Shown: positions 29,957 to 40,036 of the stretch, piece by piece
How the letters are laid out: each line of letters starts with the position of its first letter
Numbering within the stretch: position 1 is the first letter of the stretch
DNA from: Desulfobacterales bacterium
Lineage (GTDB): Bacteria > Desulfobacterota > Desulfobacteria > Desulfobacterales > UBA5852
NCBI GenBank assembly: GCA_963674755.2
Contig: CAXXVS010000003.1
Span: 2,016,001-2,080,000, forward strand
Reading direction: 5' to 3'
Length of the DNA: 64,000 bases
Made by a program: the position numbers and the translations under genes
The notes under the pieces: generated by a model
What the model saw: the letters and a program-made list of their open reading frames with translations, nothing else
Database searches by the model: none
Told to the model about the DNA's origin: nothing

Positions 29957-32872
29957 TCACATTTTCATCCGGGCGCCTTCGGGGTCATAGAAAGGCATGG
30001 CGACGACCCTGGCGTACCTAAGCTGACCGTCGCTCTCATCTTCGAAAATCGCCAGCCGGGTGCCCAGGCCGGCCAGCGGGGCGTCCACCAGCGCCATGCC
30101 GACGGCCTCTCCGGTGGTGAAACTTTTGCGGGCCGTGCACACGTATCCCCGGATCCGTTCGTCCACGATGATGGATCCATCCCGGGGAGCGCTGGCATTG
30201 TCTTCCATGCGAAGCCCCACCAGCTTGAGCCGATCCGCATCGTGTTCCGCCTGACGCAGCGCCACGGCCCCGACGGTTTTGGCATCCGATTTGGTGCGGT
30301 CCCAGAGGAACCCCAGACCGAGATCCAGCAGGTTGGTGCGTTGTTCCGATTCCTGCCCCAGGATGATATGCCCCTTCTCCATGCGCAGCACGTTCTGGGC
30401 TTCGACCCCGAAAGGCTTGACGCCCAAGGCCTGTCCGGCTTCTTCGAGGATCTCCCAGAGCGCCGGCATCCAGGAGGAGGCCGCATGCAGCTCGTAGGAC
30501 AGCTCGCCCACGAAGCCCAGGCGCATGGCCCGCACCGGAATTTCGCTTTTGATGGTGAACTCCCGATAGGCGGCAAAGGGGAAGGCCGTGCTGGAGACAT
30601 CCGTGTCCGCCACCTTTTCAAGCACCTGGCGGGCCTTGGGACCGGCGATGTTGACGACCCCCATGGCATCGGTGAGATTGACCAGATGAAAGGCCCAGTC
30701 GTCGTAGCGGGTGTGGTAGCGGATCCATTCGATGGTTTGACCGGCCCGGGCGGTGGAGGTGGTGAAGTAGTAGTCGTTTTCAGTGCGTTTGACGACAACC
30801 CCGTCATCGATGACGCAGCCGTCGTCGTTGCACATGGCTGAATATTTGATGCGGCCGGGGGAGAGCTTGCGCATGTCCGAGACATAGACCCGCTGGAGGG
30901 CCCTCAAGGCGTCCGGACCATGAAGGCGGAATTTGCCCAGGGTGGAGGCATCCAGCAGACCCACGTTGCGGCGCACATTGAGAATTTCTTCCCGACAGTC
31001 CTGGTCGTCGGAGAAATAGCGCGCCCGCTCCCATACACCGATACGGCGGAAGATGCCGCCGGCCGCGGCCTGGGCGTCGTGCACCGGGGTGCGCTTGGTC
31101 ATGGTGTGGTGGCGGCCGGCGTAGGTGGCCAGATAGGTGGGCACCAGGGGGGGGCGCACCGTAGTGGGTTTGGGCGTGGCTGCAGAAGCCGTCATTCGGG
31201 CGGTCACCAGGGGCAGATTGTGCCCGGGAATGCCGCCCTGGCCCGGACCGGTGCCGGCGGAGGTAAAGCGCTTGATCAGCTCGGGCACGTCGAAACCCAT
31301 GGCCACGGCCTGCTTGACGTTCTTGACGGTGGCGTCTTCGTCGAAGCAGATAAAACTCTTGCGCCCCCGCACCGGCGCTGTGACGAGTTTGCTGCCGCGC
31401 TCTGGTCCCGGCAGGGCTTCCAAAGCGGACGAAGCCTCCGCCCGTGCGGCGCCGTTGTCGGCCCCGCAGGCAGCCGCAGCCCGCAGTCCGGCATTGCGGC
31501 CCGAGGCTTCGATGGCCGCCGGATGATTGCGGCCGGTCATGCGGCCGGCGGTAAACATCTTCGCGGGCAGAGCGGTGGGAAGAAAATAGCCGGTATGGGC
31601 ATCGTAGGCCAAAGGGGCCTGGGCCAGGATCAGGGGACCGTTGACCGGTGTCAACCCGGCCGAGGCCACCAGCAGGTCGCAGGCCAGGCGGCGTTTGACC
31701 GTGCCCTCGACGGTCGCCAAGGTCACCCCCTTGACGTGCCGGCCCCCGTGCGCCTTGGCCGCCACCCATCCGGTGAGCACCGGAATGCTGTGCTCGGCCA
31801 ATGCCTGCAGGAGCTCGGGATCCTGGCCATCCTGGCGGCAGTCGGCCACGCAGTGGATCCGCACCCCAAGATCGCAGAGGTCGAGGGCCGTTTCGAGGCC
31901 CAGGTCGTGGCCCACGCTGAAGACCGCCTCCTTTCCGGGTAAAATCCCATAGGTGCGGGCCAGGCGCTGGGCGCATCCGGCCTGCATGACACCCGGGCGC
32001 TCGTTGTGATCGAATAAGAGCGGCCGCTCGATGCAGCCGGTGGCCACCACCACGCTTTGGGCACGAATCTCGATATAGCGCTCGTCGAAAGGATCCTCGT
32101 TGCCGCCCACCTGGAAGGCGGTGATCAGGTTGTTGCTGTAGGCGCCCACCATGGCGGTCTGGGTGAAGCATCGGATCTGGGGGGTTTCCGCCACCTGCCG
32201 GGCCAGTTCACGGGCCCGTTCGTGAAGCGGGCGGCCGTCGGCGCAAGGCTGTACGCGGTAGTCGAAGCTCCCTCCCAGCCAGGGGCGCATTTCCAGGAGA
32301 ACCACCCGCAGCCCGGACTCGGCCGCAGCCAGAGCGGCCGTCATCCCGGCGGCCCCGCCCCCGATCACGCAGACATCGGCTGTGGGATAGATTTCATCAT
32401 ACCGTCCCGGCATCTTGAAATCAGGCGCCATGATGCCTAACCCCGCCGCCTTGCGCACCTGCTTCATGGCCAGGGGCCAGATCGCCGCCGGCTTGTGCAG
32501 GGTACGGTAGTAAAAGCCCGCCGGCATGAGCCAGTCCAACTTGTCCATAAACCCCATCAAGTCGAAGCGGGCCGATCCCTTGACGTTCTGGGCCGTCACC
32601 CGCATCCCGTCCTTGAGAAGGGTCGTCTCGGCGCGCACGTTGGGGATGCCGTCCACCGCCACACAGGTGTTGCTGCACTCCCCGTCCAGGCTGTAGAGCC
32701 CCCGGGGGCGGTGGTATTTCAGGCTGCGCCCGAAGACCCGGATACCGCCGGCAAAGAGGGCCGAGGCCACCGTGTCGCCGGCATACCCCTGGTAGGGGCG
32801 TCCCTCGAAGGTCAGCGAACGCCCCTGGGTCGGGTCGATGCGCAGGGTGGGCAGATCTTGGATCCGTTTCAT
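29957..32872 (-). CDS. soxA: Sarcosine oxidase alpha subunit-like (NAD-binding plus GcvT-type folate-binding domain)
   Basis: GDTVASAL, RSLKYHRPRG, GGGAAG, KRTP, DASTLGK, GFVGELSYE, LRMEKG, PFYDPEG; start MKRIQD at 32872. Confidence 0.9.
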   Translation of the reverse strand: MKRIQDLPTLRIDPTQGRSLTFEGRPYQGYAGDTVASALFAGGIRVFGRSLKYHRPRGLYSLDGECSNTCVAVDGIPNVRAETTLLKDGMRVTAQNVKGSARFDLMGFMDKLDWLMPAGFYYRTLHKPAAIWPLAMKQVRKAAGLGIMAPDFKMPGRYDEIYPTADVCVIGGGAAGMTAALAAAESGLRVVLLEMRPWLGGSFDYRVQPCADGRPLHERARELARQVAETPQIRCFTQTAMVGAYSNNLITAFQVGGNEDPFDERYIEIRAQSVVVATGCIERPLLFDHNERPGVMQAGCAQRLARTYGILPGKEAVFSVGHDLGLETALDLCDLGVRIHCVADCRQDGQDPELLQALAEHSIPVLTGWVAAKAHGGRHVKGVTLATVEGTVKRRLACDLLVASAGLTPVNGPLILAQAPLAYDAHTGYFLPTALPAKMFTAGRMTGRNHPAAIEASGRNAGLRAAAACGADNGAARAEASSALEALPGPERGSKLVTAPVRGRKSFICFDEDATVKNVKQAVAMGFDVPELIKRFTSAGTGPGQGGIPGHNLPLVTARMTASAATPKPTTVRPPLVPTYLATYAGRHHTMTKRTPVHDAQAAAGGIFRRIGVWERARYFSDDQDCREEILNVRRNVGLLDASTLGKFRLHGPDALRALQRVYVSDMRKLSPGRIKYSAMCNDDGCVIDDGVVVKRTENDYYFTTSTARAGQTIEWIRYHTRYDDWAFHLVNLTDAMGVVNIAGPKARQVLEKVADTDVSSTAFPFAAYREFTIKSEIPVRAMRLGFVGELSYELHAASSWMPALWEILEEAGQALGVKPFGVEAQNVLRMEKGHIILGQESEQRTNLLDLGLGFLWDRTKSDAKTVGAVALRQAEHDADRLKLVGLRMEDNASAPRDGSIIVDERIRGYVCTARKSFTTGEAVGMALVDAPLAGLGTRLAIFEDESDGQLRYARVVAMPFYDPEGARMKM

Positions 32873-33138
32873 GAGGAGGTCTCCACTGCAGCCGGTTCGG
32901 GCACTTCCAGGTTGCGGACCGTGTCGCGCCAGGTGGTGAACCACGAACCGCAGCCGTCCTTGTGGCACCACCATTCCTTCTGAAGACCGGCCGTGCAGCG
33001 GTTCATGTGCACGTAGTCGCACCAGGCTCGCGGACTGAGATCCGCCTCGGCCGGGCGGGGGCCCTTGTCTTCGCCGCCGTAACGAAATTCATACCCGCAG
33101 CGTGGTCCGCAGATCGGGCAGGTCAGGGTCAATGCCAT
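32869..33138 (-). CDS. soxD: Sarcosine oxidase delta subunit-like
   Basis: CPICGPR...EFRYGG...EWWCHKDGC...RDT (Cys3His zinc site). Confidence 0.9.
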   Translation of the reverse strand: MALTLTCPICGPRCGYEFRYGGEDKGPRPAEADLSPRAWCDYVHMNRCTAGLQKEWWCHKDGCGSWFTTWRDTVRNLEVPEPAAVETSS

Positions 33139-33151
33139 CGCAAGCTCCTTA

Positions 33152-33321
33152 GTGCCCATCCAGGGATGGCATCTTTTGGCCCCTGGCGGCGTTCTCGCCT
33201 CCTGCCGGTCCTCGGCGCAGCAGCGCTACGCCTGTGGGCACCCACCGTTGAAGAATCAATCAGATGGGAAGTCCCGCTCGGCGGGACCAGAAACCAAAAT
33301 CTACCATTTCTGGGTGGGCAC
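33152..33321. mobile_element. MITE-like repeat family B, copy 3, between soxB and soxD
   Basis: TIRs GTGCCCATCCAGGGATGG...CCATTTCTGGGTGGGCAC flanked on both sides by TCCTTA (33146-33151 and 33322-33327). Confidence 0.85.
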
Positions 33322-33324
33322 TCC

Positions 33325-34548
33325 TTAATTATCCGGTGAATAGTTCACCAAGGCGGCCGTTTCGCCCATGAGGCGATGCTGTTCGTAGCGTCGCAGGTGA
33401 AACGGTTTCAGCATCGGCGGACATTCCCCTTCGGCCAGATAGGCGGCCATGTGTTGGCCGGTGGCCGCACAGGACTTGAAGCCGAAATAGCCCCAGCCGC
33501 AATTCATGTAAAAGCCTTCCACCGGATCGTTGCCGTCCATGATAGGCGCCATGTCCGGGGTCATGTCGGCCAGTCCCCCCCAGATGCGCATGAATTTCAC
33601 CCCGCGCAGGCAGGGCAGAAATTCCCCGAGCGCCTCGGCCTGGTGCTTGATGTAATAGGCCGTGTTCTGGGTGGTGTAGTTGGGCCAGGGGTCCATGTGG
33701 GCTCCGGTGGCGATTTCACCCTTGAGGGTCTGGTTGGCGTAGACATGGTAGGCTCCGGAAGAGACCACGTGGTTCAGTAGCGGCTTGAGGGGCTGGGTCA
33801 CCATGGCCTGGATGGTCAAGACACTGATGGGCAGGTCTATGCCCAGCATCCGGTTGATGATGCCGGCCGAGTAGGCGCCGGCAGATACCAGAACACGGGG
33901 GGTCGTGATGGGGCCCTGGCTGGTGTCGACTCCGGCGACCTTTCCGTCTGCGACCCGGATGGCCATGGCCTCGGTCTGCTGGTGAATGTGGGCGCCAAGT
34001 TTCGTCGCCCCTTTGGCGAGCCCCCAGACCACGGCGTCGTGGCGGACGATACCGCCGGGCGGGTGGAACATGGCGCCATGGATAGGATGGGTGATGTTGC
34101 CGGAAATATTGAGGGCGGGCTCCATTTCCTTGACCTGCTGGGCATCCAGAAAATGGCTCGCCACGCCTAGAAATTGGGCCGTGGCGATGTTGAGGCGGGC
34201 GGCTTTCACGCCGGCCTCGCTGTGCACCAGGTTCAGGTTGCCGCAGTTGTTGAACATTAGGTTGAAATCCAACTCACGGGTCAGCACCGGCCAGAGATCC
34301 AGGGCTTCTTTGTAAAGAGGCACGTTTTCCTGGGTGCGCTGGTTGGCGCGTACGATGGCCGTGTTGCGGCCGGCACCGCCGAAACCGACGAACCGCTTTT
34401 CCAGGACCGCAACATCGGTCATGCCATGGTTGCGGGCCAGGTAATAGGCGGTCGCCAGACCATGCAGGCCGCCGCCGATAATGACGGCGTCGTAGCTGGA
34501 CTTCATGGGGCTGGTTTTCCAAAGGCGTTTTGTGAATAGACCCAGCAT
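33325..34548 (-). CDS. soxB: Sarcosine oxidase beta subunit-like (FAD)
   Basis: IIGGGLHGLATAYYLA, GRNTAIVR, GGIVRHDAVVWG, WGGLADMTPD, NCGWGYFGFK. Confidence 0.92.
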   Translation of the reverse strand: MLGLFTKRLWKTSPMKSSYDAVIIGGGLHGLATAYYLARNHGMTDVAVLEKRFVGFGGAGRNTAIVRANQRTQENVPLYKEALDLWPVLTRELDFNLMFNNCGNLNLVHSEAGVKAARLNIATAQFLGVASHFLDAQQVKEMEPALNISGNITHPIHGAMFHPPGGIVRHDAVVWGLAKGATKLGAHIHQQTEAMAIRVADGKVAGVDTSQGPITTPRVLVSAGAYSAGIINRMLGIDLPISVLTIQAMVTQPLKPLLNHVVSSGAYHVYANQTLKGEIATGAHMDPWPNYTTQNTAYYIKHQAEALGEFLPCLRGVKFMRIWGGLADMTPDMAPIMDGNDPVEGFYMNCGWGYFGFKSCAATGQHMAAYLAEGECPPMLKPFHLRRYEQHRLMGETAALVNYSPDN

Positions 34549-34602
34549 GGGAATCCTCTGCTGAAAATATGAATGGGATTCAAAACCAAATTGACGTTTT
34601 TC

Positions 34603-34616
34603 ATTTCATATGAAAT
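34603..34616. promoter_or_regulatory. Palindromic candidate operator in the soxB/RpiR divergent region
   Basis: Perfect palindrome ATTTCATATGAAAT in an AT-rich intergenic region; further TGAAAT/ATTTCA half-sites near 34855-34890. Confidence 0.45.
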
Positions 34617-34910
34617 ATATCATGTCAATAACAAACATGTGCGTGCGGCTATTTTTCGGAGCTTTTCCGGAGCCCCTAGGGCGGCCTTTGATAAGTCTCT
34701 GCGCCAAGGAGTTAATATGTGTTATAAGATCAATATGTTTAATAGATCTATGTCGGGGTGGCCGATGGTGGGGGTTGGACTTGAATTTTAGCGGCGGTTG
34801 AGGGATGAAAAGGCGCTTGAGCGAAAAATTGGAGCGGTTTTCTGACCTGTTGGATGAAATAAAAAATATCAATTAGTAGTTAAAATTTCATTAATTGAGG
34901 GCATCCGGAC

Positions 34911-35792
34911 ATGATCAACGGCATCCAAGCCTATACCTTACCGGAGCGTATCACGCGGTTCTATGATGAACTGACGCCGAAAAGTCGCATCATCGGCAGC
35001 TATATCAAGGAAAACCCCCGTAAAGTGGTGTTCATGACCGTTGCAGAGCTATCCAAGGCCTGCGATGTCAGCGAGGCAACGGTGGTGCGCTTCGTGGGCC
35101 AGCTGGGGTACGAGGGCTACGCGGATTTTCAGCAGTCCCTGCGTGACTTTGTCGACACGGAACTGACCCTGCTCGACCGGGTGGATCTGACCGACATGCT
35201 GGAACCGGGCGCCGAGCGTTTGCGTCGCGTGGTTTCCCAGGAAATCGATAACCTGCGACAGTTTTTCGAACACGCGGACATCGAACAAATGGAACGGGTG
35301 GTGTCGCTGCTCTACGACAGTCCACAGATTTTTGTGGTCGGCTCTCGGCTTTCCTATACCTTGTCCTATTATCTGGGTTGGTCGCTGACCAAGGTGCGCG
35401 GCGGGATCCAGATCCTCAAAGGCAGCGACAAAACCACCATTGATTGGCTCACCATCGCCCCGGCCGATGCCCTGGTGGTGGTGATCGCCCTGTCGCGCTA
35501 TCCCAACGAACTGATCCGTCTGGCCAAACTCGCCAAACGCCTGGGCCAGCACCTGGTGGTCATGACCGACAGCGCCGCCTGCCCGATCGTCCGCGAAGCC
35601 GACGAAAGTCTGGTGGCGCCGTCCCAGCACATCCCCCTGATCGGCACGCCCACGACGATCTCCTGCCTGATCAACTATCTCGTGATGGAACTGGCCAGCC
35701 GTTACGGCGACGACCTCAGGACGCACCAGGAAAAGCTCGAGCAGTCCTACTGGGAAAACGACGTCCTTTTCAGCATGAAGAAATTATCTTAA
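34911..35792 (+). CDS. MurR/RpiR family transcriptional regulator (HTH + SIS)
   Basis: TVAELSKACDVSEATVVRFVGQLGYEGY; SIS domain with IALSRYP and MTDS. Confidence 0.92.
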   Translation: MINGIQAYTLPERITRFYDELTPKSRIIGSYIKENPRKVVFMTVAELSKACDVSEATVVRFVGQLGYEGYADFQQSLRDFVDTELTLLDRVDLTDMLEPGAERLRRVVSQEIDNLRQFFEHADIEQMERVVSLLYDSPQIFVVGSRLSYTLSYYLGWSLTKVRGGIQILKGSDKTTIDWLTIAPADALVVVIALSRYPNELIRLAKLAKRLGQHLVVMTDSAACPIVREADESLVAPSQHIPLIGTPTTISCLINYLVMELASRYGDDLRTHQEKLEQSYWENDVLFSMKKLS

Positions 35793-35982
35793 ATTTTTCC
35801 ATTTTTATGGTTAACTCAATGGAAATTGTATTTGGCGCTTTTTAGAAAAGCGCTTTCGCAAATTGCTTTGGTAGTCGCCTGAAAAGAAGGAAATTAAAGC
35901 TTTTACTATAAGATCGAACTCACACGCTGCGAACTAGTCTCCCAATTCCTTTCCTTTTCCGTCTGCTTTCGTATGGAACCTT

Positions 35983-38328
35983 TTATTCATTCTGACTGAA
36001 CTTGCGCGCCAGGTCGTTGTCGATGACGTAGATGCAGACTTCCTGGGCACCTTTCTCGGAATAGCGGTATTTTTTTTCGAGATTGCCGATCAGGAAGGTG
36101 ACGTCCTCGCGGATGCGGCGATCGAAGGTTTTAAAGGACGGGCTATGGTAATCCTTGATGGCCTGTCGGAAGTTTTCGTTGTCCAGAAAAGGGTCCAGGG
36201 CCTTTTCCTTCAGATTGTGGGTATAGCGCGCGTGAATGGTCCGAAACAGCCGGGTATCGTTCAGCGGCTGCCCTTCGATCATGATTTCCTGGGTCAGGGT
36301 ACGGGTGGTGTAGGTTTTTTGGGTTTCTTCACGAAAGGCCGCCCGCTCCCCGGCGCTGGCCCCGTTTCCCAGAATATGCTTTTCCAACTCGTCCAGATAG
36401 GCCTCGGATATTTCCAGCCGGTCGCCGGTGTAGGTCGAGACCACCACGGCGCCCGGCTCGAAGTTGACCGCAAACAGGTAATTCATGATGTCGCGCGCGA
36501 TCTGTTCCCGGTTGTAGTAAAAGAGGGATTCCTTGACTTCCTGAAGCACGGTATAGTCGTACATCCGCAGCAAGGCTTCCAGAAAACCGCTGGGAATCTG
36601 ATCCAATAGATCTTTGCGAACTTTGGTGAAGTATTGGCTAAGATCGGCCATGGTGATCAGCTTGTCGTCCCGGGCAAAGGAAGAATAGAATTCGCTGAAG
36701 ATTTTAATGGAATCCCGGCCCGAGAGGCCGCGGATGCCCTCCCGCTCGGATTCGCCGATGATCTTGCGGCGGCGTTTGGCGGTGAAACGCTTGCGGTCCC
36801 TCTCCGACAGCCAGGCCGGGATGTAGCCCGTATAGATCTCCATCTTCAGCAGCTGCAGGTTGTCGTCGCAGAAGCGGTGGTATTTGCCCGGATCGCCGAT
36901 CCATTCCAGCAGGGCGTCGGATCGGAGATTAAGCCGCGAGGAGATGATGATGCGTGCGAAGTTGTGCAGCACGCGCGGCAGGAAGCTTTGATCGATCTGG
37001 CGGCCGAAGATGTTGCGGTAGATGGCGATCTCGGTGTTGAGATCGAGAATATAGGGAATGTTGATGTACTCGATGCGGTCGGAAAAGGATTGAAAATCCT
37101 GGATGTTTTTCTTGTCTTCCGGATTCATCAGGGCCAGCAGGAGGGAGTTGACGTTTTCTTCGATGTCATCGACCTTGTGGACGCCTTCGCTGATGATGTT
37201 GTGCAGCTCGATCAGGCGTTCGATGTTGTGGGATTTGATGTCCATCAGGGCGTAGATCCCGTTGTTGGTCGTGGCGTAGCGGGAGAAGAGATACTTGATC
37301 TGGCTGCTTTCCCGCAGGGCCATGTTGATCTGGTTCTGCAGGGTGACGTTGGTCCGCACGAGTTCCTTGCTGGTGCGGTCGCCGGGGTTGAAAACGCTGA
37401 TGCCCCGCCCAATGCGCCGCTTGAAGCGGTAGGGCTGGGCGTAAAGCATGCTCAATACTTTCAGGGGACTTTTGAGCCGGTTGAGCAGGGCCTGGTAGAT
37501 GGAGGTGCAGATGGTGCAGGGCACATCCCGGAAGACCCAGTCGTAGGCCTTGTCGGTGAAAAGGGTCCACTTGAAGCGGTCGTTGGCGAACAGGTCGTCG
37601 AAAAACGAGCGCCGGTGGTTCTTGGGAATCATCAAAATGGGGTGGTCGTGGCTGGGGCAGGGGATCTCCACCACGTCGTCCTCGACGGGCAGGGCGGTTT
37701 CGGTGACGAGGGACGACCCCGGGGCCGTCTGGGCCGAATGGTGATGGCCGCCTTCCTCGGAGGGCGGTTCGTTTTCCCGTGAGGAGCGCTCCATGAGCGA
37801 GAACATCTTTTCGAAGAACGGGATGGCCTCCGCACCCGTGTCGGTGCCCAGCTGCTGCCGGTCGATGCGCCAGACCGCCTCGTAGCGCATACCCTCCGGG
37901 GTATTGGCGTAGGACTCGAATTTGGTCAGCAGGTTGTTCAGGAAGGTGCTCTTGCCGCAACCGGGCGGCCCATCGAAGATATAGATTTTATTTTGTTGGG
38001 CGCCGCGTTTCATGGATTCCGCCAGCTTGATGAGGCGGTTGGCGAACAGGCGGTCCGCAAAAAAGGGGTTGTCAGAGCCTTCCACAAAGAGCCGGTTGCA
38101 GTCGTAGTAAACGAAATGGATAGACTCGGGATCGTCCGGGTACTCGTCGTAGCCTTCCGATACATAGGTCTTGATCATGTCATGGAAGACCTGGAAGACA
38201 TTGCGGATCAGGTTTTCGGGTTGTTTGACCATCTGCTCCAGAAAAGCCTCGAAGGGTATCGGCGGGGGCTGGCCCCGTTCCTTGATGGAGCGGTCGAGGC
38301 TCTGCATGGCCTGATGTATGTTTTCCAT
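35983..38328 (-). CDS. PrkA/YeaG-like AAA+ protein, second divergent copy
   Basis: Walker A GPPGCGKS, CPSHDHP...CTIC, SFSDRIEYINIPY, GIRGLSGR; start MENIHQ at 38328. Confidence 0.8.
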   Translation of the reverse strand: MENIHQAMQSLDRSIKERGQPPPIPFEAFLEQMVKQPENLIRNVFQVFHDMIKTYVSEGYDEYPDDPESIHFVYYDCNRLFVEGSDNPFFADRLFANRLIKLAESMKRGAQQNKIYIFDGPPGCGKSTFLNNLLTKFESYANTPEGMRYEAVWRIDRQQLGTDTGAEAIPFFEKMFSLMERSSRENEPPSEEGGHHHSAQTAPGSSLVTETALPVEDDVVEIPCPSHDHPILMIPKNHRRSFFDDLFANDRFKWTLFTDKAYDWVFRDVPCTICTSIYQALLNRLKSPLKVLSMLYAQPYRFKRRIGRGISVFNPGDRTSKELVRTNVTLQNQINMALRESSQIKYLFSRYATTNNGIYALMDIKSHNIERLIELHNIISEGVHKVDDIEENVNSLLLALMNPEDKKNIQDFQSFSDRIEYINIPYILDLNTEIAIYRNIFGRQIDQSFLPRVLHNFARIIISSRLNLRSDALLEWIGDPGKYHRFCDDNLQLLKMEIYTGYIPAWLSERDRKRFTAKRRRKIIGESEREGIRGLSGRDSIKIFSEFYSSFARDDKLITMADLSQYFTKVRKDLLDQIPSGFLEALLRMYDYTVLQEVKESLFYYNREQIARDIMNYLFAVNFEPGAVVVSTYTGDRLEISEAYLDELEKHILGNGASAGERAAFREETQKTYTTRTLTQEIMIEGQPLNDTRLFRTIHARYTHNLKEKALDPFLDNENFRQAIKDYHSPSFKTFDRRIREDVTFLIGNLEKKYRYSEKGAQEVCIYVIDNDLARKFSQNE

Positions 38329-38344
38329 GATCACGTTCCGATCC

Positions 38345-40003
38345 TTAGTCCGATAGAATCTCCCGGGACAACTGGCGGTTCTGCATCGTGTAGCGCACGC
38401 GCTGCCAGGCCGCGTCGGGCGGCGGCGCTTTCTCCTCAGTTGCGACATAGACACCGGTCAGCGCGCGGGGTTCGGGCATCGGGGACGCCGGGGCGCGTTC
38501 GGTCGTTTCCAGGATGACCGGTCGGCCCCACAGGTATTCGATGCCCAGCATGGTGTTGGCAATGTATTCCGTCACCAGTGGCTTGCCCTCGAAGCGGTGC
38601 ACCAAGACGAGGGGCCCCTTTTCCGTGCGCCGGGTGTCGACGGCGATTTGCGGCGGATGGTACAGGGCGCCGATCAGCATCTGGCGGTACTGAGCGGCAT
38701 CGCGACTCCGGACGACATACTCCCAGGTCATGCGGGTGCGGTTCAAGCGTTTGCCGGCCACAAACAGCCGGTGGCGGTCCACGAATTCCTGATCGACAAA
38801 TTCGTTGATGAACATGAAGTCGCAATAGTTGCGGCTGATGTGGAAAATCGTATCCGTTCCGCTTCCGGTGGCGGCATCGTATGTTGCCCGCTGGCGCTGA
38901 TCTTTGATCCGCTGGTAATCGTATCCGTAGTGGCCTTTGTCGGCCATTTCGACGATGTATTGGAAGAGGCGCATACCGAGGGCATAGGGGTTCAGGCCGA
39001 CCCGGGGCAGGGCGGTGACCCCGGCATTGACCCGGGCATATTCCACCTCGTGGCCCCTGATGCGGTCGTCCTGGAGGAAGAGCTTTTCATGCCAATAGCT
39101 GGCCCAGCCCTCGTGCATGATCTTGGTGCGGATCTGGGGCTGGAAGAACAGGGCGGTTTGACGCACCACGTGAATGACGGTTTTCATCCACTGGTTTTCT
39201 TCCCTGTTCAGAAAATCGGAGTGGGTCAGCATAAATTCGAAAAGGTCCGGATGATCGCCCAGGTGGTGGTCGCGGTATTTCTGGTAAAGCGCCTGGAATT
39301 CGGGATGGTTCATGTCGATCGGGGCGAAAAAGGCGTCTTCACAACGGGTGGGGCTTTCGTTGCGGCACTGGTTATAGCGGTCGATTTCGGCAATGTAATG
39401 GCTGATTTTGAACCCCTTCTGGGATTGGAGGAAGATATCGAAGTAGTAGTCGAGCTTGCATAGGGGCCCCGCGGCGCGATGGTTGTTCAGGCGGGAGAGG
39501 GCTTCATGGAATCCCACCAGATTGTCGATGCCGCGCGCAAACTCGATCAGGTAGTCGACCCAGCGGCCCTTTTCCGAACGCAACCGCGCGATGATGCGCT
39601 TGTCCGAGAGGGCCCGGCCGTTGAAATCGTAGTCCCAGGTGTGACGGAAGAAGACATTGTGCTGGAAGAGGTCGATATGGGCCAGCACGTGGTAGAAGAT
39701 CATGACATTGAGCCAGTCCGGGTTGTTGTCGTTGTAAAAGGAGATGGCCGGCCGCGTATTGATGACCGTCTCATAGGGATTGCCCGGATACAGCTCGTAC
39801 TTGCCCTTTTCCTTGAGGACCTCCACGTCGTGCACCCAGTAGTCGTAGAGGGTAGGGATCATCATCTTGGGCGAGAGTTCCAGCAGGTCGCGGTTGGTGA
39901 CGATATACTCCAGGGTCTCGTCCTCGAATTGCAGGCCGGCCTCACGGGCGCGGACCTTGCAGCCCTCCATGATGTCCTTGCTGTGCTGGTCGATCAATTC
40001 CAT
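38345..40003 (-). CDS. spoVR: SpoVR/YcgB family protein
   Basis: YETVIN, HVLAHID, FQPQIRTKIMHEGWASYWH, LNPYALG. Confidence 0.92.
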   Translation of the reverse strand: MELIDQHSKDIMEGCKVRAREAGLQFEDETLEYIVTNRDLLELSPKMMIPTLYDYWVHDVEVLKEKGKYELYPGNPYETVINTRPAISFYNDNNPDWLNVMIFYHVLAHIDLFQHNVFFRHTWDYDFNGRALSDKRIIARLRSEKGRWVDYLIEFARGIDNLVGFHEALSRLNNHRAAGPLCKLDYYFDIFLQSQKGFKISHYIAEIDRYNQCRNESPTRCEDAFFAPIDMNHPEFQALYQKYRDHHLGDHPDLFEFMLTHSDFLNREENQWMKTVIHVVRQTALFFQPQIRTKIMHEGWASYWHEKLFLQDDRIRGHEVEYARVNAGVTALPRVGLNPYALGMRLFQYIVEMADKGHYGYDYQRIKDQRQRATYDAATGSGTDTIFHISRNYCDFMFINEFVDQEFVDRHRLFVAGKRLNRTRMTWEYVVRSRDAAQYRQMLIGALYHPPQIAVDTRRTEKGPLVLVHRFEGKPLVTEYIANTMLGIEYLWGRPVILETTERAPASPMPEPRALTGVYVATEEKAPPPDAAWQRVRYTMQNRQLSREILSD

Positions 40004-40036
40004 CGTCGACTCCTGGGGGGTGCCGCAGATGTCGGT

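Noticed and set aside
29275..34548. sox genes as sulfur-oxidation genes
   Set aside because: Name clash only; the motifs are those of heterotetrameric sarcosine oxidase.
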